Both the position numbers and the translations under genes were made by a program. From an uncultured Gemmatimonadaceae bacterium (lineage in GTDB: Bacteria; Gemmatimonadota; Gemmatimonadetes; Gemmatimonadales; Gemmatimonadaceae), in NCBI GenBank assembly GCA_963817955.1, contig CAWFQK010000002.1, forward strand, positions 224,001 through 288,000: a stretch of 64,000 nucleotides of DNA, given 5' to 3'. A model generated the notes under the pieces. It worked only from the letters and a program-made list of their open reading frames with translations, was not told where the DNA came from and searched no databases. Below are positions 11,303 to 21,352 of this stretch, piece after piece (position 1 is the first letter of the stretch; each line of letters starts with the position of its first letter).

Positions 11303-11863
11303 ATGCGTACGAAACGCGCCTTGCTCGCAATCGCCGTCGTAATTGCCGCGTGCTCCCCGGCCACGAAGCCGCTTCCTAACCGGGCCCCAGCCCCCGTGAA
11401 TGCCGCTGCGGGGCTTGCCCCAGCCGCCACTGCAACGCTGCACGACCTCGTGGGGCTGCGCGTTGGCACCGTGACATTTCTCGAAAGCCATGCGGGGATC
11501 ATCGTCTATGGCGATGTGAGCGGGCTCGGCCTTGGCGCACATGCCGTTCACATTCACGAAGTCGGAAAGTGTGAACCGCCATTCACGACCGCAGGCGGCC
11601 ACTTCAATCCAACGGGCCGCCATCACGGCTACCGTAATCCGGAAGGCCCGCATCTTGGCGATCTTCCGAACATCGACACACCCGCCGCGGGACGCCGCCA
11701 TTTCGAGTTTCTGCTGCCTGGCGTAACGCTCAAGGGCGAGAACGCGTTGCTCGACAAAGACGGCGCCTCGATCGTGTTTCACTCGACGCGCGACGACTAT
11801 CTCACCGATCCGGCGGGCAATTCCGGGTCGCGGATCGCCTGCGGCGTCATCATCGCCAAGTAG
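11303..11863 (+). CDS. sodC: Cu/Zn superoxide dismutase family lipoprotein
   Basis: HAVHIHE, GGHFNP, HLGDLPNI, GNSGSRIACG. Confidence 0.9.
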   Translation: MRTKRALLAIAVVIAACSPATKPLPNRAPAPVNAAAGLAPAATATLHDLVGLRVGTVTFLESHAGIIVYGDVSGLGLGAHAVHIHEVGKCEPPFTTAGGHFNPTGRHHGYRNPEGPHLGDLPNIDTPAAGRRHFEFLLPGVTLKGENALLDKDGASIVFHSTRDDYLTDPAGNSGSRIACGVIIAK

Positions 11864-11869
11864 CCGCCA

Positions 11870-12976
11870 ATGCAGATCGCCGACTTCGCGCTCGAGCGGT
11901 ACTTCGCACGGTGGGAGTTCGCGGTCCGGCACGTCTTGTGTGCGTCGGACATCGAGCCGCTCGCCCAGGCTGAGTTGCTGGCGATGGCGGACGACGACGC
12001 GCGGCACCGGTGGGAGTCGCTGCGACTCGGCTACACGGAGTCGCTCGGACTGCCCGCGCTCCGTGACGAGATCGCTGAGCTCTATCCAGGTCTGGAACGG
12101 CAAGACGTGATCACCTTTTCCGGCGCGGAAGAGGGCGTATTCCTTGGGATGCACGCCATGCTCGGTCCAGGCGACCACGCCGTGGTCGTTTGGCCTTCGT
12201 ATCAATCGTTGTACGAGGTGGCACGCTCGATCGGCGCCGAGGTGACCTTCGTGCCGTTGCGGCCGGGGGACTGGTCGTTCAATGTCGACGCGGTGGCGGC
12301 GGCGATGCGGCCGAGCACTCGCGTCATCGTCATCAACTTTCCGCACAGTCCCACCGGCGCACAGATCGACGCCGTTCAAATGGCGCGCCTGTTGGACATC
12401 GCGGAGCTGCACGGCGTGCACGTCCTCTCCGACGAGGTCTATCGCTTCCTCGAACACGACGGCAAAGCGCTTGCGCCGGCCGCGTCGAGCTCGTGGCGCG
12501 GCATAAGCCTCGGTGTGATGTCAAAAGCCTTTGGCCTCGCCGGGCTCCGCATCGGGTGGATCGCGACAAGAGACGCCGAGGTCCGTTCGAAGCTCGCCGC
12601 GTTCAAAGATTACACGACCATCTGCAATGCCGCGCCGAGCGAGATTCTCGCGCTCATCGCGCTGCGCGCGCGCCACCAGTTGATCGCGCGGGCACAGACC
12701 ATTCTCTCAGCCAATCTCCGGGAGCTCGACGCATTCTTTACGCGCAACGAGGAGCGGTTTTCCTGGGTGCGTCCCATCGCGGGCAGCGTCTGTTTTCCCA
12801 CCCTCCGAGCGGGAGACGTCAATGCGTTCGCCGAGTCGCTCGTCGAGCGCGAGGGCGTACTGATCCTGCCGGGCTCGCAGTTCGGATACCCTGGGAACCA
12901 CTTCCGTGTCGGCTACGGCCGTCGCGATATGACGGAAGGGCTCGCCAGACTGGAAGCGTTCGCCGGAGGTGCTTGA
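11870..12976 (+). CDS. Class I/II PLP-dependent aminotransferase-fold enzyme
   Basis: NFPHSPTG, DEVY, MSKAFGLAGLRIGW. Confidence 0.88.
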   Translation: MQIADFALERYFARWEFAVRHVLCASDIEPLAQAELLAMADDDARHRWESLRLGYTESLGLPALRDEIAELYPGLERQDVITFSGAEEGVFLGMHAMLGPGDHAVVVWPSYQSLYEVARSIGAEVTFVPLRPGDWSFNVDAVAAAMRPSTRVIVINFPHSPTGAQIDAVQMARLLDIAELHGVHVLSDEVYRFLEHDGKALAPAASSSWRGISLGVMSKAFGLAGLRIGWIATRDAEVRSKLAAFKDYTTICNAAPSEILALIALRARHQLIARAQTILSANLRELDAFFTRNEERFSWVRPIAGSVCFPTLRAGDVNAFAESLVEREGVLILPGSQFGYPGNHFRVGYGRRDMTEGLARLEAFAGGA

Positions 12977-13743
12977 TGTCCGGCACTGCACTTGCCGAGC
13001 ATAGGGGTGTGCTCACAGATCAGCTGGCCTCGGACGACCACGCGCAATTGCGCGGAATAGTGCTCGGCGCGCTCGGCGGGGCATTGTTTGCGGCCGGCGG
13101 CCCCGGTGGCCGCCGCTCCGGCCTGCTCATGCGCATGGCCGGCGTCATATGCATGGCTGCGGCCGCGACACCAGTCGTGGCCGAACAGGTCCGGCGCGCC
13201 GGCGAGCGGCGCCGACGGGTGGCGGTCCGGTCCTCGTTCGACATCGAGCGGCCGGTGGTCGACGTCTTCGCCTTCTTCAAGGACTTCGAGAATTTTCCAC
13301 GCGTCATTGGCGCGTTGCGTAGCGTGATCGATTATCAAGATGGCCGTTCGCGCTGGGAGATGTACTCTACTGCCGGTAGCGTTGTGGCGTGGGACGCCGT
13401 CGTCACGAAGTACGTGCCCAATAGCGTCATCGCCTGGGAAAGCGTGCCGGGGAGCACGGTGGAGAGCGCCGGCTTGGTGCGATTCACGCCCCGAGGGCCT
13501 CTGGCGACGCGCGTCGACCTCGTCCTCACCCATCATCCGGCGCACACCGGACTGAACGATGCCATGCGCGCGCTCGTCAGCGCGCCCGCCGCCACGCGCC
13601 TGCAGGACGCCCTGGACCGCACGCCCTTCTACGTGGAGTCGCTGCCGCACGAAGCGCCTGACGAGAGTCCGCTGGAACCACCTGACGCACACGTCTACGA
13701 CTCGCCGGCGCCGGTCTTGTCGTTGGTCCGGCGACCCCACTGA
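12976..13743 (+). CDS. SRPBCC (polyketide cyclase/dehydrase-like) protein
   Basis: IERPVVDVFAFFKDFENFPR, IAWES, GLVRF; TGATG coupling. Confidence 0.8.
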   Translation: MSGTALAEHRGVLTDQLASDDHAQLRGIVLGALGGALFAAGGPGGRRSGLLMRMAGVICMAAAATPVVAEQVRRAGERRRRVAVRSSFDIERPVVDVFAFFKDFENFPRVIGALRSVIDYQDGRSRWEMYSTAGSVVAWDAVVTKYVPNSVIAWESVPGSTVESAGLVRFTPRGPLATRVDLVLTHHPAHTGLNDAMRALVSAPAATRLQDALDRTPFYVESLPHEAPDESPLEPPDAHVYDSPAPVLSLVRRPH

Positions 13744-14522
13744 TGGCGGTCCCCGATCGGCGTCACGCTTTGGTCCTCACGCGACGCGGTGTGAATTTCG
13801 AGTAACCTGAACGGCGGCCGATCCGGATAGCGGACGCGCAGTAGGGCGTGTGCAACGTTGAATACGGGAATGCCCGTCTGCGTCTTTCCCTCAGGAGTGC
13901 CCTTGTGCGCATGGCCGTGGAAGACGGCCGTCACCTCGAAGCGCGACAGCGGCTCTTCCAGACGGCTGGATCCGAGAAACGGGAAGATCTCTGGTGGCTC
14001 ACCCTCTACGGTCGCGCGGATGGGGGAGTAGTGCATCACGGCGATTCGATGATCCGAGGCGAGGCGTGCCAGAGCGGACTCGAGTTTCAGCGCCTCCTGC
14101 ACCGCCTCGTGCACGAAATCCTTGATCGTTTTCTCGCCCCACGGGCCGAGCGCGCCGCGACCGAATCCGCCACAGAATCCGCGCACACCCGCAAAGCCGA
14201 CGCCGCGGTATTCCCACGTATCGCCGTCGAGCATGTGTACGCCGACGTCGGTGAGCGTCTTTGCGATTTCCCGTTCTTCCCCGGTTTCGAAGTCGTGGTT
14301 CCCCAGGACGCCAACCACGGGGATCTTCACCTGCGCCAGGTCCTTGGCGAGAATGCGCGCTTCTTCCGCCAATCCATAGTCCGTCAGATCGCCACAGAGC
14401 ACGAGCACATCCGCCGATTCAGCAATCTGCATGAACAGCGGCTGCAGGCTGCCCTGGGAGTTCTTGGAGTAGTGGATGTCGCCGACCGCAGCCAGGCGAA
14501 CGACGTCACCAGTGATGGCCAT
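13695..14522 (-). CDS. Calcineurin-like metallophosphoesterase
   Basis: GDIH, GDLTD, GNHD, HGHAH. Confidence 0.9.
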   Translation of the reverse strand: MAITGDVVRLAAVGDIHYSKNSQGSLQPLFMQIAESADVLVLCGDLTDYGLAEEARILAKDLAQVKIPVVGVLGNHDFETGEEREIAKTLTDVGVHMLDGDTWEYRGVGFAGVRGFCGGFGRGALGPWGEKTIKDFVHEAVQEALKLESALARLASDHRIAVMHYSPIRATVEGEPPEIFPFLGSSRLEEPLSRFEVTAVFHGHAHKGTPEGKTQTGIPVFNVAHALLRVRYPDRPPFRLLEIHTASREDQSVTPIGDRHQWGRRTNDKTGAGES

Positions 14523-14644
14523 TGCGGGTGCTCCGGATTGTGCAGGAACCCTTCATGGGAGGATTCGGGCCACGACCAGAAGTCCGGCTCGCTGGATCCC
14601 TCAACAGTCCGCCTAGCCTCCGATTTGCACTTGTAGCGGCAACC

Positions 14645-15451
14645 ATGGCGTACAAATCCACGTTTGATCACCCGGGACGTGACACGAATGCCTTCTACCG
14701 GCGGACACTGCATGTCCTGAGCGACGCGCGCGTGCCGTTCATGGTCGGCGGATCACATGCCCTACTCAACTACACCGGCATCGTGCGGGAAACGAAGGAC
14801 TTCGATCTCTTCATACAATCCGCGGATCTGGACGCGGCGCTCCAGGCGTTGCGCACCGCGGAGTATCACACGGAGATCACGTTCCCGCATTGGCTCGCCA
14901 AGGCACGGCACGGCACCGATGTCGTCGATCTCGTGTTCGCCTCGGGCAACGGCGTCTGCCGCGTGGACGACGAGTGGTTCGCCAACGCCCTGGAGGCCGA
15001 CGTGCTCGGCATGCCGGTGAAGATCGTCCCGGTTGAAGAACTGTTATGGCAGAAGTCGTACGTCATGGAGCGGGAACGCTACGACGGCGCCGACGTCGCC
15101 CACATTCTGCGCAGTTGTGCCGAGACGCTGGATTGGGACCGCGTGCTCCGGCGATTCGATTCACACTGGCAACTGCTGCTGTCGTACCTCGTGTTGTTCG
15201 GTTTCATCTATCCGTCGGAGCGCCACCGCATCCCGACCCGCATCATGATGGAATTGCAGACCCGCTTGCAGCAGACCGTCAGCGACTCGCCGAGCAGCGA
15301 CAAGGTATGCCGTGGCACCCTCACGTCACGTGGTCAGTACGTGCTCGACATCGGACGCTACGGCTACGAAGACGCCCGCCTCGCCCCCCGCGGCAACATG
15401 ACCGCGGAAGATGCGGTGTACTGGACGTGGGCGATCGATCACATCGAGTAA
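14645..15451 (+). CDS. Nucleotidyltransferase-fold hypothetical protein
   Basis: FMVGGSHA...RETKDFDLF, ERYDGAD. Confidence 0.75.
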   Translation: MAYKSTFDHPGRDTNAFYRRTLHVLSDARVPFMVGGSHALLNYTGIVRETKDFDLFIQSADLDAALQALRTAEYHTEITFPHWLAKARHGTDVVDLVFASGNGVCRVDDEWFANALEADVLGMPVKIVPVEELLWQKSYVMERERYDGADVAHILRSCAETLDWDRVLRRFDSHWQLLLSYLVLFGFIYPSERHRIPTRIMMELQTRLQQTVSDSPSSDKVCRGTLTSRGQYVLDIGRYGYEDARLAPRGNMTAEDAVYWTWAIDHIE

Positions 15452-15582
15452 CGGCGACACGGCCGGGGCTGTCGAACCGGTACGGCGCCTCGCACCGACC
15501 GGCGGGCCGACCGCTACGGAGCAGCCAGCGACATCCAGCCAGAATTGAGCCCGGAGTCAAACGCGCCTTCCAATCGCTCCTA

Positions 15583-16314
15583 TCAGCTCGCCACCTGCGC
15601 CGTCACCCCGCCGAACCGTCGCTCCCGCATCTCGAATTCGCTCAACGCCGAGAGAAATTCCTGCTCGGTGAACTCCGGCCACATACGGGCAGTGAAATAG
15701 AACTCGGCGTACGCGCATTCCCAGAGCAGGAAATCGCTCAGCCGCTGCTCGCCGCCCGTGCGAATGAGCAGATCGACGTCGCGAATCGGGAACGGATCGT
15801 GGTTCACCTGCGCGAGGAGGCGAGCGAATCGCTCGCGCGTATGCACTTCTCCGCTGGCCAGCGTCGCGGCCTGCATGATCGATTCGCGCGCCGAGTAATC
15901 GATGGCCACCCGCAAGTGCAGGTTGCGTCCGTGCGCCGTCAGCGCCTCTGCTTCCTGGATCGCGACGACCAGCGCCGTGGGAAGGCGGTCGCGGCGCCCG
16001 ATGATCGTGAGACGCACCCCATTCTCGAGACAGCGCTTCGCCTCCACGCGGAGCGAACGTCGCAGCAGACGCATCAGCGCGCCGACCTCCCGCGTCGGGC
16101 GCCTCCAGTTGTCCGACGAGAACGCGTAGATGGTCAACGTGGCGACATCCGTCCGCGTCGCGGCTTCGACGATCTTGCGCGCCGTGCGCACGCCGGCACT
16201 GTGACCCGCCGTGCGCGGCATACCGCGCGCGCCGGCCCAGCGACCGTTGCCATCCATGATGATCCCGACATGAATGCCGCTATCCGGCGACGGGACCGCG
16301 AGTGATCGCTGCAT
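15583..16314 (-). CDS. uppS: Undecaprenyl diphosphate synthase-family cis-prenyltransferase
   Basis: HVGIIMDGNGRWA, YAFSSDNWRRP, DLLIRTGGEQRLSDFLLWE. Confidence 0.93.
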   Translation of the reverse strand: MQRSLAVPSPDSGIHVGIIMDGNGRWAGARGMPRTAGHSAGVRTARKIVEAATRTDVATLTIYAFSSDNWRRPTREVGALMRLLRRSLRVEAKRCLENGVRLTIIGRRDRLPTALVVAIQEAEALTAHGRNLHLRVAIDYSARESIMQAATLASGEVHTRERFARLLAQVNHDPFPIRDVDLLIRTGGEQRLSDFLLWECAYAEFYFTARMWPEFTEQEFLSALSEFEMRERRFGGVTAQVAS

Positions 16315-16344
16315 GAGAGAGAGAGCCGAAGAAGTGGCGCGGCG

Positions 16345-16734
16345 TCAACGCTCGCGCGTCGCCCGAATGAGAGCTTCCATGTGATTGAGATACCGGTCGA
16401 GGGCTCGGCGGCCAAACGACGTGATCGTATACTCCGTCTTCGGCATGCGCCCCTCGAACGTCTTGGTGCACGCAATGTACTCGGCTTCCTCGAGCTTCCG
16501 GGCGTGGACGCTGAGATTGCCGTCCGTCGTCTGCATGAGCTTTTTCAGATCGTTGAAGCTGAGCGATTCGTTGACCGCGAGCGCGCTCAGGATGCCGAGT
16601 CGGAGTCGCTCGTGAATCAACCGGTCGAGCGCCAATGGGCCCTCGGACGGAGCCCGGCCGCGAACGGTCCGCAAGGCTCCCCCCACTTCCTTGTCGTGCG
16701 CGTCCGGCCGCCGCTTGCGTTGGGGTTTAGCCAC
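16345..16734 (-). CDS. Winged-helix (MarR-like/HTH_34) transcriptional regulator
   Basis: LIHERLRLGILS, TDGNLSVHARKLEEAEYI. Confidence 0.85.
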   Translation of the reverse strand: MAKPQRKRRPDAHDKEVGGALRTVRGRAPSEGPLALDRLIHERLRLGILSALAVNESLSFNDLKKLMQTTDGNLSVHARKLEEAEYIACTKTFEGRMPKTEYTITSFGRRALDRYLNHMEALIRATRER

Positions 16735-17341
16735 CGTGCCTCCGTGCGATCCAGAGCCCGAATACCACGTGCAAGCCGCCGAACGCCGCGACCATCAATC
16801 CTGTGGTCCACGCCGGCGGCGCCAGGAGTGCCACGGTGCCCAACAGCATGAAGACCGCGCCCATGACGGGAACGCTGCGCACGGAATACGTGCCGGCGCT
16901 CACGACGGCCGCCCCGTACAGCAGCATCCAGATGCCCGGCAAAAACGCGTACAGTTCGTGCTGGACGAGCACCGCGGTCAGCACCGCTCCCACGATCATC
17001 GCTGGCGAGAAGCTCAATACGAGCTTTCTCATTGGTCCCGACAGCAGCGGCATGTTCGCCGCGTGGGACTTGAGCGTCATCGACGCGACCGAGAGGCCCG
17101 CCGCGATGCCGGCTTCCGCCAGCCAGGTGGCCACCCACGCCCAGGGCAACGTCTGCCGTGAACTCACGAACGCCGCGCCAACCGCCGTCATCCCGATCGC
17201 CACCTGTCCCCACCCGGACACAGCGGTGAACGTGGCGGCGCGCTCCATCATGCCGCGGATGAAGCGCAGATTGTCCATCGCGCGCGCCTGCATTTCCGGC
17301 GGATCGGAGCGGCGGGGCCGCAGCGGAGTGACGGGAGCCAT
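16727..17341 (-). CDS. Conserved multi-TM membrane protein
   Basis: AMDNLRFIR N-terminus, about 6 TM segments, FGGLHVVFG; overlaps the regulator start. Confidence 0.75.
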   Translation of the reverse strand: MAPVTPLRPRRSDPPEMQARAMDNLRFIRGMMERAATFTAVSGWGQVAIGMTAVGAAFVSSRQTLPWAWVATWLAEAGIAAGLSVASMTLKSHAANMPLLSGPMRKLVLSFSPAMIVGAVLTAVLVQHELYAFLPGIWMLLYGAAVVSAGTYSVRSVPVMGAVFMLLGTVALLAPPAWTTGLMVAAFGGLHVVFGLWIARRHGG

Positions 17342-17399
17342 GATTGGCGTAGGTTAACCGCCCACGCCAATCAGAGTCAAGTACTTTGCATTACAAAGT
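17341..17399 (-). promoter_or_regulatory. Promoter and operator of the membrane protein-regulator-uppS operon
   Basis: Minus strand TTGACT-N18-TAACCT; palindrome ACTTTG-N5-CAAAGT (17383-17399); 10-bp inverted repeat 17341-17373. Confidence 0.6.
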
Positions 17400-17403
17400 T
17401 TTC

Positions 17404-17616
17404 TTACGGCTGCTGAGGCGGATCGCTGGCCGGGAAGCTCTCGTCCGACTGCTCGTCTATCCGCGCATCGTCGCTCATGCCGCCCGAGCGCTCCTGCTTC
17501 CCGCCCTTGCTCTTGAGCTTCTTCTCCCGGCTCCGCCCGTCGCTCGGCTGTGTATCACTCATGTCACCTGCGTCACTACGGTCCAGGTGATCTTGGTCAG
17601 GTCGCTTGTCCCTCAT
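17404..17616 (-). CDS. Small hydrophilic protein with ESFPASDPP motif
   Basis: C-terminal IDEQSDESFPASDPP. Confidence 0.6.
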   Translation of the reverse strand: MRDKRPDQDHLDRSDAGDMSDTQPSDGRSREKKLKSKGGKQERSGGMSDDARIDEQSDESFPASDPPQQP

Positions 17617-17703
17617 AACTACGCCTCGAGTCTGGTGTCGATCTCCTGAACCCTCACGAATTATGCCGGGTTCCGGCTCAGCCGCGGCGCGTTCAGGCGA
17701 TCG

Positions 17704-18849
17704 CTACCGCTCGCTCACTTTGTACTTCGCCAGAATCGCCTTCACCTTGTCCAACGGAATCGCGTCCACCGTGTGGCCATTGGCCCGGGTCGTCGTCGCC
17801 TGGAACATCGAGTTGTAGATCGCCTCTTCGGTGGCTTCCACCGCGGCCTCGAACAACCCCGACATCTGTTCGTTCGCCAGCTCTTCCGTCGTCAGACGCG
17901 TCGCCGTAACCGCCCGGCGAACCCGCTCGCTCGTCGAGAACGCAATCACGTAGTCACCGGATCCGTTCGACGCCGACGATCCAGTTCGCGCCAGGCCCAT
18001 GATCGCGCGGGCCGCCAACCGTCCGAGATTGCGATCCGACAGCGGCGCGTCGGTGGCAATGACCATCACGCACGATCCGTCCCCGCGCTCGCCCGGCGAC
18101 TCCGCTTCTCGCTTGAACGCATACTGCCCGAGCTCCCTCCCCACCGGCGCACCGAGCACCTGCAGGATTCCGCCGAAGTTCGTCTGCGTCAGCACACCAA
18201 TCGTGTAGCCGCCGAGCGACGGCGGCAGCACGCGCGATGACGTCCCGATTCCTCCCTTCCACCCAAACGCGACCGTCCCGGTGCCCGCGCCCACACTGCC
18301 TTCGGCCACCGGACCACTCGCAGCCGACGTCAGGGCCGCACGCACCTGCTCCGCGGTGATCGGACGGGAGCGAATGTCGTTGAGCGTTCCATCATTGGTC
18401 TCGGCGACGACCGGATTCAGCGAACGGACATTCTCCATCCCCGGCTGCTCGAGCATCCAGGCGACCATGGCGTCAGCCGCCTTCCATACGCAGAGCGTGC
18501 ACGTCAGAAGAATCGGCGTTTCCAGTTCGCCGAGTTCGCGCAGCTGCGTCACCCCCGTCATCTTGCCGAACCCGTTTCCGACGTGAAGCGCCGCGGGGAC
18601 GCGTTCGCGGAACATGTTTCCGGCGTGCGGGAGAATGGCGGTGACCCCGGTACGCACCGAGTCACCCTGAATGACGGTGGTCTGGCCGACCTTCACTCCG
18701 GCCACGTCGGTGATGGCGTTGTACCGTCCGGGAGTGAACACCCCAGGCTTGACACCCAGGTCTCGTGCGCGCGCACGCTGCGCGGAAAGCATCGTTGAAG
18801 CAGCCGTCATGGCGAGCAGCGCGGTGCTGAAGGGCCGGAGCAATTGCAT
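17704..18849 (-). CDS. P1/S58 (DmpA-like) aminopeptidase, secreted
   Basis: NAITDVAGVKVG, GSVGAGTG, KGGIGTSS, GSC cleavage site, NGSGD. Confidence 0.88.
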   Translation of the reverse strand: MQLLRPFSTALLAMTAASTMLSAQRARARDLGVKPGVFTPGRYNAITDVAGVKVGQTTVIQGDSVRTGVTAILPHAGNMFRERVPAALHVGNGFGKMTGVTQLRELGELETPILLTCTLCVWKAADAMVAWMLEQPGMENVRSLNPVVAETNDGTLNDIRSRPITAEQVRAALTSAASGPVAEGSVGAGTGTVAFGWKGGIGTSSRVLPPSLGGYTIGVLTQTNFGGILQVLGAPVGRELGQYAFKREAESPGERGDGSCVMVIATDAPLSDRNLGRLAARAIMGLARTGSSASNGSGDYVIAFSTSERVRRAVTATRLTTEELANEQMSGLFEAAVEATEEAIYNSMFQATTTRANGHTVDAIPLDKVKAILAKYKVSER

Positions 18850-19005
18850 TCTCGTGGGGGTTCCGTGACGTATCAGCGTACGCGCAAACCCTCTGGTCGG
18901 CAACGGCAGCCGCTCCCCCCCCACCCCTACCCCCACCCCCACAACGCCGCTGCAGCCCCGAGTGGCACAGTTGGCCGACACGGCGGCGCGCCTCTATCTT
19001 CAAAC

Positions 19006-20079
19006 GTGCCTCTCCTTCCGCTTTACGGCCACTCAGCGCTGCGCGACCGTCTGCGCGAAGCCGTCGCGCATCAGACGTTGCCGGCCAGTCTTCTGCTACA
19101 GGGCCCGCGTGGCGTCGGCAAACAGCAGATCGCCCTCTGGATCGCGCGCCTTCTGGTGTGCGAGCAGCCAGACGCCGCCCCGTGCGGCAGCTGCAAGTCG
19201 TGCCACATGGCCGCCGAGCTCCACCATCCCGACTTGCACTGGATCTTTCCTCGTCCACGGCTCAAGGATTCGGACCCGGACCCGGACGACGTAAAGCAGG
19301 ACCTCGCCGACGCAATCGCCGAACGCATGGAAAACGGAGGCGTGTACGAAGCGCCGGGCGGTGACGAAGCCATATTCGTCGCCACCGTCCGAGCGGTGGT
19401 GCGCACGGCTGTGATGTCGCCGGCGATGGGTAGGCGCAAGGTGTTCGTGATTGGCGACGCCGAGCGTATGGTGGCCCAAGAAGGCTCGGATCAGGCGGCC
19501 AACGCCTTCCTCAAACTCCTCGAGGAGCCGCCGGCGAACACGAATATCTTGTTGACGTCCAGCGAGCCGGGCGCACTGCTTCCCACCATTCGGTCCCGAG
19601 TCGTTTCGGTCCGCGTCCCCCCACTCGCCGCCAGTGATGTCCGGGCGTTTCTGGGCAATGAAACGGTGCGTTCGCAGCTGGACTTCTCCGGCAACCGGGA
19701 TCTCGACGAGTTGGTACTGCTCGCTGGTGGCGCGCCGGGTCGGCTCGTGGGACGCAACACTTGGCAGGCCGCTCTTGACCAGGCCAAACGACTGCTCGAC
19801 GCGGCAGCTGCGCCAGACCGCGGAACGCGAATGCGTGCGGCGCTCTCGCAGGGCGCGACTGGCGCCCGCGGCAAATTCAGCGACACCCTCGATGCACTCA
19901 CCGTCCTTCTCCACGAGCGATCACGATCCGCGGCCCAAAACGGGAAAGACTCCGAGGCCGCTGGCGCAGCGAAGGCCATCGATGCCGTCGAGACCGCCAA
20001 GGAGCGCGCAGGCGGTAACGTCAATCCCCAGCTGGTCACGGCCTCGCTCCTCAACCAAATCGCCCCTCTCATGCGATGA
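19006..20079 (+). CDS. holB: DNA polymerase III delta-prime subunit
   Basis: [38 protein letters not shown]. Confidence 0.88.
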   Translation: MPLLPLYGHSALRDRLREAVAHQTLPASLLLQGPRGVGKQQIALWIARLLVCEQPDAAPCGSCKSCHMAAELHHPDLHWIFPRPRLKDSDPDPDDVKQDLADAIAERMENGGVYEAPGGDEAIFVATVRAVVRTAVMSPAMGRRKVFVIGDAERMVAQEGSDQAANAFLKLLEEPPANTNILLTSSEPGALLPTIRSRVVSVRVPPLAASDVRAFLGNETVRSQLDFSGNRDLDELVLLAGGAPGRLVGRNTWQAALDQAKRLLDAAAAPDRGTRMRAALSQGATGARGKFSDTLDALTVLLHERSRSAAQNGKDSEAAGAAKAIDAVETAKERAGGNVNPQLVTASLLNQIAPLMR

Positions 20080-20600
20080 GTGAAAAACTGACGCATGTAG
20101 GGGATTCCGGTGAGGCACATATGGTGGATGTATCCCACAAAAACGCCACCGATCGTTGCGCACGCGCCACAGGTGTCATCCGGATGTCGCACGCAACCCT
20201 CACTGCCATCATTGGAGCTCAGCTCAAAAAGGGAGACGTGCTCGGTGTCGCGCGGATTGCCGCCGTCATGGCCGCCAAGCGCACGGCGGACTTGATCCCT
20301 CTGTGTCATCCACTGCCATTGACCGACATCCAGGTGGCGCTGACCACCGACGAGACGCTCCCGGGCGTACGGGCTGAGGCGACGGTGAGAACCACCGGGA
20401 GAACTGGCGTTGAAATGGAGGCGCTGACGGCGGTTTCGGTCGCGCTACTCACGGTTTATGACATGGCAAAAGCGGTGGATCGGTCGATGGAAATCTCCGA
20501 TATATCGCTGGCGGAAAAGTCCGGAGGGGCGCGCGGCGATTACGCAAGAGTTGATGGCACAGGGCCTGCCCCTTATCCTGAGTCCGGCAGTACGAAGTAG
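20076..20600 (+). CDS. moaC: Cyclic pyranopterin monophosphate synthase
   Basis: [35 protein letters not shown]. Confidence 0.95.
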   Translation: MSEKLTHVGDSGEAHMVDVSHKNATDRCARATGVIRMSHATLTAIIGAQLKKGDVLGVARIAAVMAAKRTADLIPLCHPLPLTDIQVALTTDETLPGVRAEATVRTTGRTGVEMEALTAVSVALLTVYDMAKAVDRSMEISDISLAEKSGGARGDYARVDGTGPAPYPESGSTK

Positions 20601-20632
20601 TACTGCGTTAACCTGTTGCCAAAGAGAGACTT

Positions 20633-21334
20633 ATGCGCAACCTACGTGGGACGTACGTCCACCGGGGTGATGCGGCCAGGCGACGGAGACGCATCAGACA
20701 GATGCTCTTCGTAGGAGCCTCGGTGGTCGTGACGATGATCGTCCTGGCCATCCGCAAGTCCACTCCGGCGAACGCCGAGCCTGCGGTGACCGAGAGCCAC
20801 TCGTTCTTTTCGAGGGGCGATTCCCGGGCGCTGCTCCAAGAGCTCGAAACGACCAAGGGCGAACTGAGTCTCGTCCGCGCTCAGTTCGAGCGGGCTGACA
20901 AGATCATGGAGTATTCGAATCGGTTCGGTATCACGGCTGGCTTGTCCGGCATCGTGTTCGACGCTTCGCTCCGTGAAGGGATCGATCCCGAGTTGGCCTA
21001 CCGCCTGGTTCGGCTGGAAAGCGAATTCAACACGCATGCGGTGAGCAAGGTCGGTGCGATCGGGCTGACGCAGCTCATGCCCGGTACGGCGCGCCGGTGG
21101 GAGAAGGGCGTGACGCGCGATGACCTGTTCAACCCCAAGACGAACCTGAGAGTCGGCTTCCGCTACCTTCGGAACCTGCTCGATCAGTACAAGGGCGACG
21201 TTCGGCTCGCATTGCTGGCGTACAATAGAGGGGAGGACGCGGTGTGGCGGGACGTACACGCCGGTGTGAATCCGGGAAACGGATACGATCTCTCCGTTCT
21301 CCAGGGATACAAGGGCAAGGGGCTGATACAGTAG
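20633..21334 (+). CDS. SLT-domain lytic transglycosylase
   Basis: LESEF, GAIGLTQLMP, LAYNRG; N-terminal TM. Confidence 0.85.
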   Translation: MRNLRGTYVHRGDAARRRRRIRQMLFVGASVVVTMIVLAIRKSTPANAEPAVTESHSFFSRGDSRALLQELETTKGELSLVRAQFERADKIMEYSNRFGITAGLSGIVFDASLREGIDPELAYRLVRLESEFNTHAVSKVGAIGLTQLMPGTARRWEKGVTRDDLFNPKTNLRVGFRYLRNLLDQYKGDVRLALLAYNRGEDAVWRDVHAGVNPGNGYDLSVLQGYKGKGLIQ

Positions 21335-21352
21335 ATCAGCCCAGCCAGTACA

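Noticed and set aside
12190..12975. 517-aa version of the SRPBCC ORF
   Set aside because: Out-of-frame overlap with the aminotransferase; coupled ATG at 12976 is more plausible
18844..19005. Pro/His-rich N-terminal extension of HolB
   Set aside because: Translation of the intergenic C-run; recognisable HolB begins at GTG 19006
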